64,000 nucleotides of DNA from Acidobacteriota bacterium (GCA_963666055.2 CAXWPH010000015.1:1280001-1344000); one strand, 5' to 3'; counted from the stretch's first letter, positions 1 through 10,765 are shown. Notes: generated by a model not told the origin, from the letters alone. Numbers and translations are program-made.

Positions 1-66
1 GGTGCCTATCCCCGCTGCTGGCCTCAGCGGTGGATCATGGCCAAAGGGGACACGATCCCTGTATTA

Positions 67-93
67 TTGGTCAATTGTTGAACAATTTGTCAA
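67..93. promoter_or_regulatory. AT-rich imperfect palindrome (core AATTGTT-G-AACAATT), possible operator
   Basis: Inverted repeat at 73-87, about 70 bp upstream of the CDS at 159. Confidence 0.35.
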
Positions 94-158
94 GCGACAC
101 TTTCAGATAGGCCTTAGGGTGCACGAGAGCGCGTCGGCCAAGACGAGGACATATCAGC

Positions 159-1301
159 ATGCCTAGAGCAGCAAGGCTCGTACAGCTAACCGTCCTGTGT
201 CTGGCGGCCTCCGTCGCGATGCCCGCCTGCGGAAATTCCCCCGAGGCCGGTACCGAGCGGGCGGCAACGGGCGGCCTCGGAGACCGAGACGTTGTCGTCG
301 GCAACCTGGGAGCCAAGATCGACGAATACTTGACCGGGCTCACCCCGGATCGCTTCGCCGGCAGCGTTCTGGTGGCGAGGAAAGGACAAGTCCTCCTCAA
401 CAAGGGCTATGGGATGGCTATTCGATCCGCGCGCATCCCCAACTCTTCCGAGAGCGTCATCGTCATCGGCTCGATTACCAAGCAGTTCACGGCGGCAGGA
501 ATTCTCAAGCTCGAGATGCAGGGGACGCTGAGCACGGACGATACGCTTCCGATGTATTTCGAGCAGGTTCCGGACGACAAACAAGGCATCACCCTGCATC
601 AGTTGCTCACCCACACGGCCGGCTTGATCGACTACACCGGTGACTGGGACGCCGATGGAGATTTCGAAATTGCCCCACGCGACGAAACGATCCAAGAAGC
701 GCTGGACGCGCCTCTAGTTGCCGCTCCTGGCACGGAGTTTCACTACTCCAACTCGAGCTACAGCGTGTTGGCAGCCATCATCGAGAAAGTCTCAGGCCAG
801 TCCTACGAGGAGTACCTGAGCGAGAACATCTTCAAGCCGGCCGGCATGAATACGACCGGCTATCGAATGCCGGATTGGGACAGCCACGTCGTCGCTCACT
901 ACTACGCCGAAGACGAGGACCTAGGCGGATTCCTGGAACGGCCGTACCCTCAGTGGAACCTCCTCGGAAACGGCGGAATCCTGACGACAACGGGCGATTT
1001 ATACCGGTACCACCTTGCCCTTGAAGGGGAGGAGATCCTGTCCGCTGCTGCGAAGGAGAAGTTCTACCGGCCTTTTCTGGACGACTACGCGTACGGATGG
1101 AGCATCGAACAGACCGACCACGGTCTTCTCATCCAACACTCCGGCGGTGGGTCGTTCGGTTCGAGCGACAGCGCTCTTTTCCGTCGCTACGTTGAAGCTG
1201 AGGTCGTCATCGTCGTCCTGGGTCACCAGGCTTACGATGGGCAGAGCATGACCAGGCAGGTCACCTCCGAAGTGGCAAACATTGTGTTTACCGACCAGTA
1301 G
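159..1301 (+). CDS. Serine hydrolase, beta-lactamase-related family, probably exported/lipoprotein
   Basis: SxxK (GSITKQF), LLTHTAG, YSN and HSGG motifs; N-terminal hydrophobic signal with Cys. Confidence 0.9.
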   Translation: MPRAARLVQLTVLCLAASVAMPACGNSPEAGTERAATGGLGDRDVVVGNLGAKIDEYLTGLTPDRFAGSVLVARKGQVLLNKGYGMAIRSARIPNSSESVIVIGSITKQFTAAGILKLEMQGTLSTDDTLPMYFEQVPDDKQGITLHQLLTHTAGLIDYTGDWDADGDFEIAPRDETIQEALDAPLVAAPGTEFHYSNSSYSVLAAIIEKVSGQSYEEYLSENIFKPAGMNTTGYRMPDWDSHVVAHYYAEDEDLGGFLERPYPQWNLLGNGGILTTTGDLYRYHLALEGEEILSAAAKEKFYRPFLDDYAYGWSIEQTDHGLLIQHSGGGSFGSSDSALFRRYVEAEVVIVVLGHQAYDGQSMTRQVTSEVANIVFTDQ

Positions 1302-1464
1302 CTCGATGTGAAGGGGCCCGTGACTTTCCGTGATTCCGGAAAACCGCGAATCGGGGTAGCTGAAGAGCTCTTTGTTCTGGCGGAGCCTCTTGAGCTCTCC
1401 ACTCCGGTACACGCGCCTCTCCAAACGCGCTTCTCCAAGTTCGCGGGTGACGCCTTCCTCCATC

Positions 1465-1487
1465 ATCCGCAGGTCGGAGGTTCGAAT
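1465..1487 (+). repeat. 23-bp fragment of tRNA-Arg(TCT), opposite orientation to the other copies
   Basis: ATCCGCAGGTCGGAGGTTCGAAT is identical to part of the tRNA at 34469-34544. Confidence 0.7.
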
Positions 1488-1504
1488 GTCGAGCCCTGGC
1501 AAGT

Positions 1505-1609
1505 CGCGTACTTGTACTGGCTCCGTTTCGGGTACTTCATGGGTGGCAACTCCAGATCGGGGACCTTGCCACGATGATGCACTGAGATCAGGAGCCATGC
1601 ACCAACGCC
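1505..1609 (-). mobile_element. IS5-family (IS903-like) left-end remnant
   Basis: ATG at 1540 reads MKYPKRSQYKYA, recalled as an IS5-family transposase N-terminus; candidate end GGCGTTGGTGCATGG at 1609-1595. Confidence 0.55.
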
Positions 1610-1636
1610 TCGTGCACTTCGAACAACGAGACCGAA

Positions 1637-3031
1637 CTATGGCTGCCAGACTCCGATCCCGTCCTCAAAGACGAAATTCGTACCAAAGGGTGCCGACAGG
1701 CGCACGACGAGATCGATGATCTCCTTTGCTAATTCGCCCTTCGCGAGACGCGGTGTGCCTCGCGTAGTTCTTCCGTCTCCATGCCAGAGAGCGTCCTTGT
1801 GGCCCATTTCGATTGGATGGAGCTTGAGCTCTACCATCCGGTGCCCCTTGAACACGGGGATCGCGACCACGCTCTCGAACCACACCGCGTTCTCCGGCAG
1901 CATGGCGTACGCGCCCTTCTGCCCCTCGGGGTCGTAGACAGCGCTGACCAGAGCGTTGGGGTCGACGACATCAAACGCCTCGTATGTATCCTGAGACACC
2001 GGCTCCTCGGTCTCATACTGAAAAATGAAATCCGCCAAGCTGTAGAAGATGGGCTTGCTCTTGTAGATCTCGATACCCCTGAGCCGGTGCGGCCCGTGGA
2101 CGATATAGGTGACCGCGCCCGCGTCGAGACACTTCTTGATGAACCCGATGAGCCACGGCGGCGGCTCCTCGTTAGTGTTGCCGCTTTCATGGGAGTGGCT
2201 GTTGACGATGACGAAATCGGCCTGCTTGGCCGCATTGCGAATCACGTGGAGGATCCGCTCCTCGTCCTGGGGGTTCACCGTCTCGATCAGTTTCGTTTCC
2301 GGTCCCTGAACGAAGGTAGTACCCCCAACCCGGAGAGGCTCCTCCGGTGACTCGGGCACGGCACTGCCAAGCTCCTCGCCGATCCGACGTAGATCTGCCA
2401 TTCGCTCAGGATCTACTTGATAGGTCCGATTGACTCGCAGCGGGTTGAGCCCCGGTCGGCCCCGAGAGTCCAAACGGGTCGGCGCGGCGCGGGCATGGCG
2501 CGCGAACGTGCTCGCCAGACCGATCAGCGCAACGCGACCCTTCTTCGTATCCAGGTAGGCGGGCGCGCTCGCGCGGCCGAGATTCATGCCGACTCCTGAG
2601 TGCACCAGCCCGGCACGCTCGAGATTGCGCATCGTCGCGACCATGCCTTCGATACCGAAGTCGCCGGTGTGGTTGTTGGCGAAATTCGCCAGATCAAATC
2701 CCATCCACTTGAGCTCGTCAGCCATCTCCGCGGGGCCGCGTTGTTCCCAGGCGCCAGCCGCCGGCCAGCCCTTGAAGTCCCACAGTCGAAGAATCGTAGT
2801 TTCGACGTTGGTGAACGCAATGTCAGCGCCTCGGACAAGCTCGACGAGGTCCAGCAGCCGCTCATCGTCGTAGATGGAAACGGGCCGAGTGATGATCGAG
2901 TCGCCGGTAGCTGCAAGCGACCAGGTGGGGGGTTCGGCGGTCTCCGATTGCGGCCCGCTTGGCTCCGCAGGGTTGGTCGCTAATAGACAGAGACTGAACA
3001 AGATAACGAGTGCGGACACGCGGATGCGCAT
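1637..3031 (-). CDS. CapA / PGA_cap family metallophosphoesterase-like exported protein
   Basis: ATGD, ANNHTGDFG, NSHSHE, HGPH and FYSLADF motifs; start placed at MRIRV after AAGGAGG. Confidence 0.85.
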   Translation of the reverse strand: MRIRVSALVILFSLCLLATNPAEPSGPQSETAEPPTWSLAATGDSIITRPVSIYDDERLLDLVELVRGADIAFTNVETTILRLWDFKGWPAAGAWEQRGPAEMADELKWMGFDLANFANNHTGDFGIEGMVATMRNLERAGLVHSGVGMNLGRASAPAYLDTKKGRVALIGLASTFARHARAAPTRLDSRGRPGLNPLRVNRTYQVDPERMADLRRIGEELGSAVPESPEEPLRVGGTTFVQGPETKLIETVNPQDEERILHVIRNAAKQADFVIVNSHSHESGNTNEEPPPWLIGFIKKCLDAGAVTYIVHGPHRLRGIEIYKSKPIFYSLADFIFQYETEEPVSQDTYEAFDVVDPNALVSAVYDPEGQKGAYAMLPENAVWFESVVAIPVFKGHRMVELKLHPIEMGHKDALWHGDGRTTRGTPRLAKGELAKEIIDLVVRLSAPFGTNFVFEDGIGVWQP

Positions 3032-3165
3032 GGCGTTGCCTCCTTCTTTGGGGGGAACCCGCTGCCTTTTGAGGGTCGACTCCGCTCCCCTTGTTTCAAG
3101 TTGCCCATCAGTCGGGGCGATATCGTCTTCTCCTTTGAGACCGTGAGGTTCAGCCATCCTCTCCA

Positions 3166-4449
3166 TCAGGTTGCGGAACGATACCTACTGCTCCGTCCGT
3201 TACGTCTTGAGCGCGCCGAGCTCACGGAGGGCAGGTAAATGTCCGCCACCTTCTCAGAGAACTCCCCGGGAGTCGCGCTTGCGAAGTTACAGAGGGTGAC
3301 GACGGAAAACTGCAGATCTGGAAAGCGTTCGTAGAAGGCCCGGTAACCGACCCAGGCGCCTCCGTGAAACACTCTGCGGTGTCCTTCGTACTCGCCGATA
3401 CTCAGCCCGAAGGCATACTGGCTACCATTCCTCCACGCCACTGGATGTGTAGAGAGGACGATGTCCATCAGCGATCGTCCACCACTGCCAAGCTTGTTGT
3501 CGTAGAAGTTCTGATCCCACTGGATGAAGTCGTCGATGGTTGTGAACACGCCTCCGTCGCCCAGCAAGTCCAAGTCGACCTTGTAGATATGCCAGGCACC
3601 GGCTTCTGTCTTGCGATAGCCGTCGGCACGCTCCCGTACGATGCCCGTCGCATCGTCGTTGAAGAAGCTGTGCTCCATGCCCAGGGGGCCGAAGATCTCG
3701 GCGGCTGCAAGTTCGCGCAAAGTCTTGCCGGACACACGCTCCGCTAGCAGCCACAGAAGAACATACGCTGCATTGTTGTAGCGGAACTCTGTTTCCGGTG
3801 GCGTGCGTAGCTCCAGCATCGCGAGGCCAGCGTAGAACTCGTCAACGGTGAGATGATCCCCATTGGCGAAACTCTGCGGCGATGTCGTTTCTCGAAGCTC
3901 AGGGCGCTCGAACACCCCGTGACCCGCCTCAGCGAGCCGAGCCAGGGTCATCCGCGGCGTGGAGAGCTCAGCGTCACGCCCCGAGTAGTGGGCCATGCCG
4001 CTAACGTGATGCACCATCTGCCGGACGGTGACTTTGTGGCCGTAATCCCGTAGTTCCGGAAGATAGGTATGGACATCTGCATCAAGATCGAGCTCGCCGC
4101 GCTCAGCCAGGATCGCGATCGACATCGCGGTGAACTGCTTGGAAATCGAACCTACCCGGAACACAGAGGATGTCGAGATCGGGATATCGTGTTCGAGGTT
4201 GGCCATCCCATAGCCCGCCTTGTGGATGTACTCCCCCTGATGAATGACCCCTACTGCGCAGCCGGGTGTGCCTTCTGTGACGATACCCTCGAAAAGCTCG
4301 TCTACTGCGAGGCTCTCTTCCTGCCAGGCAGAGGTCGGGCGCATCCCGGAGCAACCGGTCATCAACAGCAACCAACAGACTGCGGTGGAGATCCCCTTTC
4401 CCGGATTCCCCGGCCGGATCTCTGATCGCGAAGAATCCCTTCGCTCCAT
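3166..4449 (-). CDS. Serine hydrolase, beta-lactamase-related family
   Basis: GSISKQF, YNN and HGG motifs; lipobox-like LMTGC. Confidence 0.9.
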   Translation of the reverse strand: MERRDSSRSEIRPGNPGKGISTAVCWLLLMTGCSGMRPTSAWQEESLAVDELFEGIVTEGTPGCAVGVIHQGEYIHKAGYGMANLEHDIPISTSSVFRVGSISKQFTAMSIAILAERGELDLDADVHTYLPELRDYGHKVTVRQMVHHVSGMAHYSGRDAELSTPRMTLARLAEAGHGVFERPELRETTSPQSFANGDHLTVDEFYAGLAMLELRTPPETEFRYNNAAYVLLWLLAERVSGKTLRELAAAEIFGPLGMEHSFFNDDATGIVRERADGYRKTEAGAWHIYKVDLDLLGDGGVFTTIDDFIQWDQNFYDNKLGSGGRSLMDIVLSTHPVAWRNGSQYAFGLSIGEYEGHRRVFHGGAWVGYRAFYERFPDLQFSVVTLCNFASATPGEFSEKVADIYLPSVSSARSRRNGRSSRYRSAT

Positions 4450-4498
4450 GGCTCACCTCGCTGATATGCGGTTTGGTTGGCGACTGCCGTGCGGGCCC

Positions 4499-4783
4499 CT
4501 CGTCCAAGAACCAGGTGTCGCCGAGTCGGCCTTGCCGACGACGAAGCCTCCGGGCGTAGTCCAGGCCGAACTTCCCACACCAGAGTCGGATCGCTTCGTG
4601 CGAGACGATGATCCCTCGCTCCGCCAGGAGATCTTCCACGTCTCGGAAGCTCAGGCAGAACCGGTGATACAGCCACACGGCGTGGCTGATGATCTCTGGC
4701 GGAAAGCGATGTCTATGGTAGCGCTGCGGGTCAGGGTTCATCGCCGAACTCTGCCAGCCTGCTGATTTTAACTTGACAGTACC
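4499..4783 (-). mobile_element. IS6-family remnant: left IR plus truncated transposase
   Basis: IR GGTACTGTCAAGTT (4783-4770); ATG 4741 reads RHRFPPEIISHAVWLYHRFCLSFRDVEDLLAERG and is cut at WFLDE. Confidence 0.9.
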
Positions 4784-4952
4784 TCTGCGGGGTGTCTGCG
4801 TCACGTGCCATCCTGAAGTACGTAGAGTCGCTCCACTGGTTGCGAATGGCACTGGTGTGTGGGCGCCCTGCTGAAGGTGTATCCGTGGAATGGCTGCAAT
4901 CGATCTCTTCAATTCGGAACGCGGTTCCGGAGCTGGCTTTGGAGTTGACCCA

Positions 4953-7634
4953 ATGAACTCGACGCAACTTGTTGCCTGCGCCCTCGTCTTCCTGATGGTC
5001 GCCGTGAGCCCGGCACCCGGGGCTGCATGGGCGCAGACGCACGTGCCCGCTCCCGAAGAGATCCTTGGATTCCACGTCGGCGATGATTTCAAGCTCGCAT
5101 CCTACGACGAGTCGATCGCCTATTTCCGGGCATTGGACGCCGCCAGCGATCGCTTGGAGCTGCGCGAGATCGGCCGTACTTCCGAGGGTCGATCCTGGTT
5201 CATCGCGTTGATCTCATCGCCGGAGAACCTTGCGAACGCCGAGCACTATCGCGAGATTTCCAAGCGCCTCGCCAACCCCGTCGGGCTGTCCGACGAGGAG
5301 GCGCGGGCGCTGGCGCAGGAGGGCAAGGTGATCGTCACGGTCGATGGGGGCCTACACGCGAGCGAGAGCGCTCACGCCCAGCTCACCATCCAGTTCGCAT
5401 ACGACCTGATCACAGAAAAGGAGGGATCGATCGCGCGCGAAATCCTCGACGAGGTCATTCTCATTCTCTATCCCTCGATCAACCCTGACGGCCAGAACAT
5501 GGTCGTCGACTGGTACCGCCAGAACCTCGGGACCCCCTACGAGACCGCCCCCATGCCGCGCCTGTACCAGAAGTACATCGGCCATGACAACAACCGCGAC
5601 GCCTACGGCCTGAACATGATCGAGTCGCGGACTGTGGTGCGGCTCCTGCGTCATTGGGAGCCGCAGGTTCTCTATACCCACCACATGACTGCGACGTTCC
5701 CCTCGACCATGTGGCTACCGCCTAACGGCGAGCCGATCAGCCCATACGTGCACCCCTTGATGACCCGGACGCTCAACCTGCTGGGGACTGCGGCCGCCCA
5801 AGCGATGGACGAGAAGGGCCTGCCCGGCGCCGAGCACATGGGTGAGTTTTACGACTTCTGGTACCCCGGCTACATCGACTACGGCAACTTCTTCCACAAC
5901 GTCGTCAGCATGTTCAGCGAGGTGGGGCTGCATACCTCACCTTCGCCGCGCTTCTACAGTGTGCGCGACTTCCCGCCGGAGCACCAAGCACTGCTACCCA
6001 AGTCGCTTCACGCGTCGCTGTGGCGCGGTGGTTGGTGGCGACAACGCGACTCGATCAACATCATGTTGGCGACCACCTGGTCGACGCTCGACATGAGCGC
6101 GAAGTTCCGCGAGCGATTCTTGTACAACCGCTACGTGGCCGGGCGCGACACCATCCGACACTACTCGGAGAGCCCGCCGTACGCGTACTTCATACCGGTG
6201 CAACAGCGTGATCCGGTGGCGGCAGTCGAGTTGTTGCGGCGGCTAGCTTTCCACGACGTTGCGGTGTACCGCCTGAATCAGGACGCGGTGGTCGACGGTC
6301 AGACCCACCCCGCGGGCACCTGGGTCATACCCATGGATCGCGCCAACGCCAACTTCGCGGCCGTACTCTTGGACGTACAGCGCTATCCGGATCTCCGCCA
6401 ATACCCCGGAGGTCCGCCCGATCTTCCGTACGACATCGCGGGCTGGACGCTGCCCTATCAGATGGACGTCCGCACGGTCGCAACTGGCTCGCCGCTCGAC
6501 GATTCGGTCCAGGCGACGATGGCGCCGGTGCTCGGTGAGACCGTAGACTGGAGCGTCGAGGGGGACGCAGAGCCCTTCGACAGCGTCCCGGGCGCTGGCT
6601 TCAACACCCATCCGATCGCCGCCGCCATCACGCCTCCGGCAGGCTCGGTAACCGGGAACGGTCCGGCGCTGCTGCTCGATCCGGCGCAGAACAACAGCTT
6701 CCGTGCCGTGAATCGCGCCTGGGGCTCGGGGGCTCAGGTACGTTTCCGGGCCGCTTCCTCCGGCGGCGCAGGGAGTCGATACATCGTCTCCGGGCTCTCC
6801 GCCGCGCAGGTCGACTCGATGGTCAAGGAGTTGGCTCTCCAAGCGGAACGTGGGCCCGCCGCCGGTGAGACCGTGCGGCGGCCCCGCATCGGGCTTTATC
6901 GGCCGTGGCAACCGAGCATGGACGAGGGATGGACGCGTTGGCTGCTCGAGCAGTACGGCTTTGGATTCGAGACCGTCTACAACGCCGACATGCGGGCAGG
7001 CGACCTGCGCGGGCGCTACGACGTCATCGTGCTCGTAGATCTGTCGCCACAACAGATCATCGAAGGCGCCCCGGTCGGCAGCGTTCCGCCGCCCTACGCC
7101 GGAGGCATCGGCCGCGAGGGGACCCGCGCCCTCGACGCTTTCGTACGCGACGGAGGGACTCTCGTCTGCCTCAACCGCAGCAGCCGCTTCGCCATCGATG
7201 AGCTCCATTTGCCAGTTCGCGACGTCGTCAGGGAACTCGAATCAACGGACTTCTTCATCAGTGGCTCGGTCGTCGAGGCGACCGTCGACACCGCCCACCC
7301 GATCATGGGCGGCATGCCGGAGCGCGCCAAGATCATGTTCATGAACAGCCCGGTGTTCACGACTGAAGAAGGCTTTCATGGCAGCGTGCTCGCCAAGTAC
7401 GCGACGGCCGGATCGCCGCTGCTGTCCGGCTTCCTGCTCGGCGAGGAGTACATGCTAGGCTACGCCGCCGCGATCGACGTCGCGCACGGCGACGGCCACG
7501 TGGTCCTGCTAGGCTTCCGGCCGCAGTGGCGCGCCCAACCCTTCGGTACGTTCCGCGTCCTATTCAACGCCTCGCTATACACTCGGGAGATAGCGGCCAC
7601 CAGCATACCGACCCCCGACTTCTGGACCTATTGA
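4953..7634 (+). CDS. M14-family zinc carboxypeptidase-like exported protein with C-terminal class-I glutamine amidotransferase-like domain
   Basis: GLHASE, NPDG, HDNNRD and DEGWTRWLLEQY motifs; signal peptide; stop TGA is the first 3 nt of the IS3-like end. Confidence 0.85.
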   Translation: MNSTQLVACALVFLMVAVSPAPGAAWAQTHVPAPEEILGFHVGDDFKLASYDESIAYFRALDAASDRLELREIGRTSEGRSWFIALISSPENLANAEHYREISKRLANPVGLSDEEARALAQEGKVIVTVDGGLHASESAHAQLTIQFAYDLITEKEGSIAREILDEVILILYPSINPDGQNMVVDWYRQNLGTPYETAPMPRLYQKYIGHDNNRDAYGLNMIESRTVVRLLRHWEPQVLYTHHMTATFPSTMWLPPNGEPISPYVHPLMTRTLNLLGTAAAQAMDEKGLPGAEHMGEFYDFWYPGYIDYGNFFHNVVSMFSEVGLHTSPSPRFYSVRDFPPEHQALLPKSLHASLWRGGWWRQRDSINIMLATTWSTLDMSAKFRERFLYNRYVAGRDTIRHYSESPPYAYFIPVQQRDPVAAVELLRRLAFHDVAVYRLNQDAVVDGQTHPAGTWVIPMDRANANFAAVLLDVQRYPDLRQYPGGPPDLPYDIAGWTLPYQMDVRTVATGSPLDDSVQATMAPVLGETVDWSVEGDAEPFDSVPGAGFNTHPIAAAITPPAGSVTGNGPALLLDPAQNNSFRAVNRAWGSGAQVRFRAASSGGAGSRYIVSGLSAAQVDSMVKELALQAERGPAAGETVRRPRIGLYRPWQPSMDEGWTRWLLEQYGFGFETVYNADMRAGDLRGRYDVIVLVDLSPQQIIEGAPVGSVPPPYAGGIGREGTRALDAFVRDGGTLVCLNRSSRFAIDELHLPVRDVVRELESTDFFISGSVVEATVDTAHPIMGGMPERAKIMFMNSPVFTTEEGFHGSVLAKYATAGSPLLSGFLLGEEYMLGYAAAIDVAHGDGHVVLLGFRPQWRAQPFGTFRVLFNASLYTREIAATSIPTPDFWTY

Positions 7635-7689
7635 CCTGCCCCAAGTGTTTGGGCTAATGCGTAACTCATTAAATCGGTGCTGACAAGAG
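7632..7689 (+). mobile_element. IS3-like terminal remnant, copy 1 of 4
   Basis: TGACCTGCCCCAAG...GTAACTCAT..AATCGGTGC recurs at 16963, 43074 and, inverted, at 55623. Confidence 0.65.
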
Positions 7690-7820
7690 ATGGTCGCAGC
7701 CGACGGTCAGCGTTTCGTGATGTTCCCCGCCCCAACCGGAGCCAGTCCCGCAGCGGCCACGTGACGCTGGTCACCAACTGGTTCGACGAGCTGAAGCGGC
7801 TCGTGCCGACGGATCAGTAG
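7690..7820 (+). pseudogene. 3' remnant of a kinase-PD40 receptor gene
   Basis: Encodes VAADGQRFVMF and, in another frame, GHVTLVTNWFDELKRLVPTDQ*, matching the C-termini at 8478 and 31198. Confidence 0.8.
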
Positions 7821-8105
7821 CTGACTGGGCCGAGTCCCGCAGGCACTTGTGCTGTTGCCGCGCTACCTCTTCCCGGTGCTCCACCCCAGCCACTTCAGCG
7901 GCCTCCAGGAGCAACGCCAGCTGCTGCTCTGGGCGAGGTGGGCGATCTGTGTGGTCGGGGTGAGCCTCATGCGCGGGAGCTTACTCCCTTGCGGCCAAGT
8001 TACGTCCGCGTTGGTGGGACGCTACCTGATGCCGTTTTCTCCAACTCGGTGACGCGCGTTCCCATGAGAATTGCCGGGATCATATGTTGCGCCACCTACC
8101 CCTAG

Positions 8106-8259
8106 ACAGGTGTGGTGTCCATCAACAAGCCGAAAGCGGCGAAATCCGGCTACAAACGGCAAACTGCTGTCGCTAACCAATGCGCCGTAAGTTGTTGAAA
8201 ACACTGGAACACAAAGGCGCGCCCGGGAGGATTCGAACCTCCGACCTGCGGATTAGAAG
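8106..8259 (-). repeat. att-like arm plus 3' half of tRNA-Arg (8216-8259), ending at the anticodon loop
   Basis: Near-copy of 34348-34512 lacking one 11-bp unit; IHF-like site at 8188-8200; tRNA identity stops right after TTAGAAG. Confidence 0.9.
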
Positions 8260-8404
8260 GTCAGAGACCTGGACTCGTAGTTCTTTGTAGCTAGTTCGTT
8301 TTCTTTGTAGTGATCGGCAGTTGCATCCTCACTCGTACAACTAGATACAAGTACAAACAAACAGAATCCGATCTTGTTTGTAGGGTTTTTGGCAAGAAAT
8401 AGGC
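8260..8404 (+). repeat. Left 145-bp inverted arm of the tRNA-splitting element
   Basis: Gap-free match to the reverse complement of 39740-39884 (about 99/145 by hand count); TTGTA/TACAA motifs at 10-bp phasing; GGCAAGAAATAGGC shared. Confidence 0.85.
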
Positions 8405-8477
8405 AAGTTTCCATACAACCGAGTCCGAAGTAACTGCCACACTCCGATCAGCCGCGGCTCGTGATGGTGGCAGCTAG

Positions 8478-10730
8478 CTATGGATCCGTCGGCACGAGCC
8501 GGTTCAGCTCGTCGAACCAGTTGAGCACGACCTGCAGCTCGGTTCCCTGGGGCACCGCGCCCTCGCTCATGACAAACTCTTGTCCGTCAGGAGTGATGTC
8601 GAAGAGATGTGATCTCGGTGCAATATGGACATTAAATCGGCCTCTTGTCTCAAACAGCCGGCGGGGCTTCCCAGGGGAGAAGCCCGAGTCATAGCTGACA
8701 TCAACGACCATCATCGCCCACACCCCACTGGTCATGTAGTAGATCGCACGCCCATCCCTGGACCACATGGGCCAACCCCCGATCACGGTCGAGATCTGTG
8801 TCCTTTCGCCCGGCCCTGGATAGGGCTGCACATAAGTGTGGAACTCGCCTGACTCATTCGAGTGGTAGACGATCCACTTCCCATCCGGCGAGAACATGGC
8901 GCCGCTCTCATGAGCCGCGGAGACGGCTAGATCCAGCGGCAGCCCTCCCTCTTGTAGAGGCAGGAGCCGGATGTTCTCTCCGGTCTCTGGATGGTTCTCT
9001 TGGTAAGCGAGGACCTCACCGTCAGCCGACCACGACTGCGGGTATATGGGGTATTCGGCCTCCAGGAGTTGTCGGGCAGTCCCGCTGCCATCAGAGGGCC
9101 GTATGACGATTCTCCAGCGATCACCGTCGTGGGAACTGTGCGCGATGGATCGCCCATTCGGCGACCAGACGGGAGCGACGTTGATCCCTGAGAACGGGCG
9201 TTCGGAAAACGTTCCACGTTCCATATAACCGATCCAAATCTGACGCTCTCGACTGTCTCCGTGCTCACAGGCAATGGCCAGTTCTCGGCCGTTGGGTGAG
9301 AGTCTCGGGCCCGCACAATGGAGACCACTCGGAAGCGGCAACGACCGGCTCACGCCATCATGACTCACGGCGACGGCAACGCCCAAGCCGGAGATAACGC
9401 CCAACGACTTCACCAAGGGTTCGTAGTAGATGAAGGTGCCCATATCCGAAACATCGTAGTCCCACACCTCGTCGATGAGCCGGACCTCTTGTCCATAGGC
9501 TTCAAGGCTAGAGAGGTCGAAGGGCCGCGCCCAAAGGGCCAAATTATGATAGCTCTTCCAATAGACGAGATGTCCGGTCGGCACGTATCGGGCGCCATAG
9601 GCTGATTCCAACACAGTCTTTTGTTCGCCTGTCTCGAGCGAGACCACAGCCGCGCCCAGGACGACACCGGTCTCAGGCCGAAAAACGCTAAAGAGCACCG
9701 TCTTGCCGTCAGGCAGTATCGACGCCCGGCGATGGTCACCGCCTTTGCTCGTGTCTATGGTGGTCAGCCTTCTCGGGCTTCCCCCTTCAGCAGACACGAT
9801 GTGAAGACCCGACGAGTCGCCGTAGACAATGCCGCGTGCTCCCCACGCCTGCACACTAGCCTCGAAAGTAACGAAGATCCCAAGCGAGACTGGAGTGCTC
9901 CCATCCAGTGCGACCTTCTTGAGTTGGGTCCCCTTCGCAAATGCCACCCAGTTGCCGTCGGGAGAAAACGCAAAACGACGACCCGGGACCCCAGGTATCG
10001 GACTGAATTCGCGCTGATCCAAGGTCCTGATAACAAGCTGCGGTCTGAGTCCTCCTGAGCGGTACGCCACTCGCGTACCATCGCGCGAGATGTTGGGCCA
10101 GTCGGAGTAGGGCAAGTCCGACGGGAGGGACATCGTCAGGTGAACGGTTGATTGCGCAATCCGATCGTTGCTCGATTGGCGCCACAGGGCAGTGGTGACA
10201 GCGGCGACAGCGGCCAGCAGGACGACAAGGGTCCATGCGATCGGGAGCTGGTGGTGCCGAGCGATGGCCACGACCTGAGCGATGACTCCGGAGATCTGCG
10301 AGGCAAGCTGTGGAACTGCGCTGTCCACGGCCGTCTCCGGCTGGACCGTTGATATCGGAGCAATAAATCGGTACCCACGCCGGTGCACAGTCTGGATGTA
10401 CGTAGGCCGATGCGGATCGTCTCCGAGCTCCTGCCGGAGAATCTTGATCGCCTCGCTGAGGGAGGTTTCGGCCACGACGGTATCGGGCCAAACCGCATCG
10501 ATTAGCTCCTGTTTGCCGACCACCTCCTCCGGTTGCTGAAGCAGGTACTCCAGGAGCGCGAGAACGCGGGGCGGGAGTGAAGTTGCCCGCCCGTTCATGT
10601 ACAAGAGGCGATTGTCTGGCTCAAAGCGGTAGCACCCGAAGGCCAGGGCCCCTGAAGACTTACGGACGCGCCCCGCCCCTGATCCGCCGGGGCGATCTCG
10701 ACTTGACGCGTTGGCCGGCCGGTCCTTCAT
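8478..10730 (-). CDS. OmpR/CadC-type winged-helix regulator fused to a TM helix and PD40 beta-propellers
   Basis: N-terminal wHTH (ELIDAVWPD...LRQELGDD...YIQTVHRRGYRF), TM segment, SPDG repeats, C-terminus VVLNWFDELNRLVPTDP. Confidence 0.9.
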   Translation of the reverse strand: MKDRPANASSRDRPGGSGAGRVRKSSGALAFGCYRFEPDNRLLYMNGRATSLPPRVLALLEYLLQQPEEVVGKQELIDAVWPDTVVAETSLSEAIKILRQELGDDPHRPTYIQTVHRRGYRFIAPISTVQPETAVDSAVPQLASQISGVIAQVVAIARHHQLPIAWTLVVLLAAVAAVTTALWRQSSNDRIAQSTVHLTMSLPSDLPYSDWPNISRDGTRVAYRSGGLRPQLVIRTLDQREFSPIPGVPGRRFAFSPDGNWVAFAKGTQLKKVALDGSTPVSLGIFVTFEASVQAWGARGIVYGDSSGLHIVSAEGGSPRRLTTIDTSKGGDHRRASILPDGKTVLFSVFRPETGVVLGAAVVSLETGEQKTVLESAYGARYVPTGHLVYWKSYHNLALWARPFDLSSLEAYGQEVRLIDEVWDYDVSDMGTFIYYEPLVKSLGVISGLGVAVAVSHDGVSRSLPLPSGLHCAGPRLSPNGRELAIACEHGDSRERQIWIGYMERGTFSERPFSGINVAPVWSPNGRSIAHSSHDGDRWRIVIRPSDGSGTARQLLEAEYPIYPQSWSADGEVLAYQENHPETGENIRLLPLQEGGLPLDLAVSAAHESGAMFSPDGKWIVYHSNESGEFHTYVQPYPGPGERTQISTVIGGWPMWSRDGRAIYYMTSGVWAMMVVDVSYDSGFSPGKPRRLFETRGRFNVHIAPRSHLFDITPDGQEFVMSEGAVPQGTELQVVLNWFDELNRLVPTDP

Positions 10731-10765
10731 CGGACTAGCGCAGGGGCGGGCTCCTGAACCCCGTT

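Noticed and set aside
4103-5092. 329-aa minus-strand ORF
   Set aside because: Read-through of the IS6 fragment into flanking DNA; only 4499-4741 is transposase.
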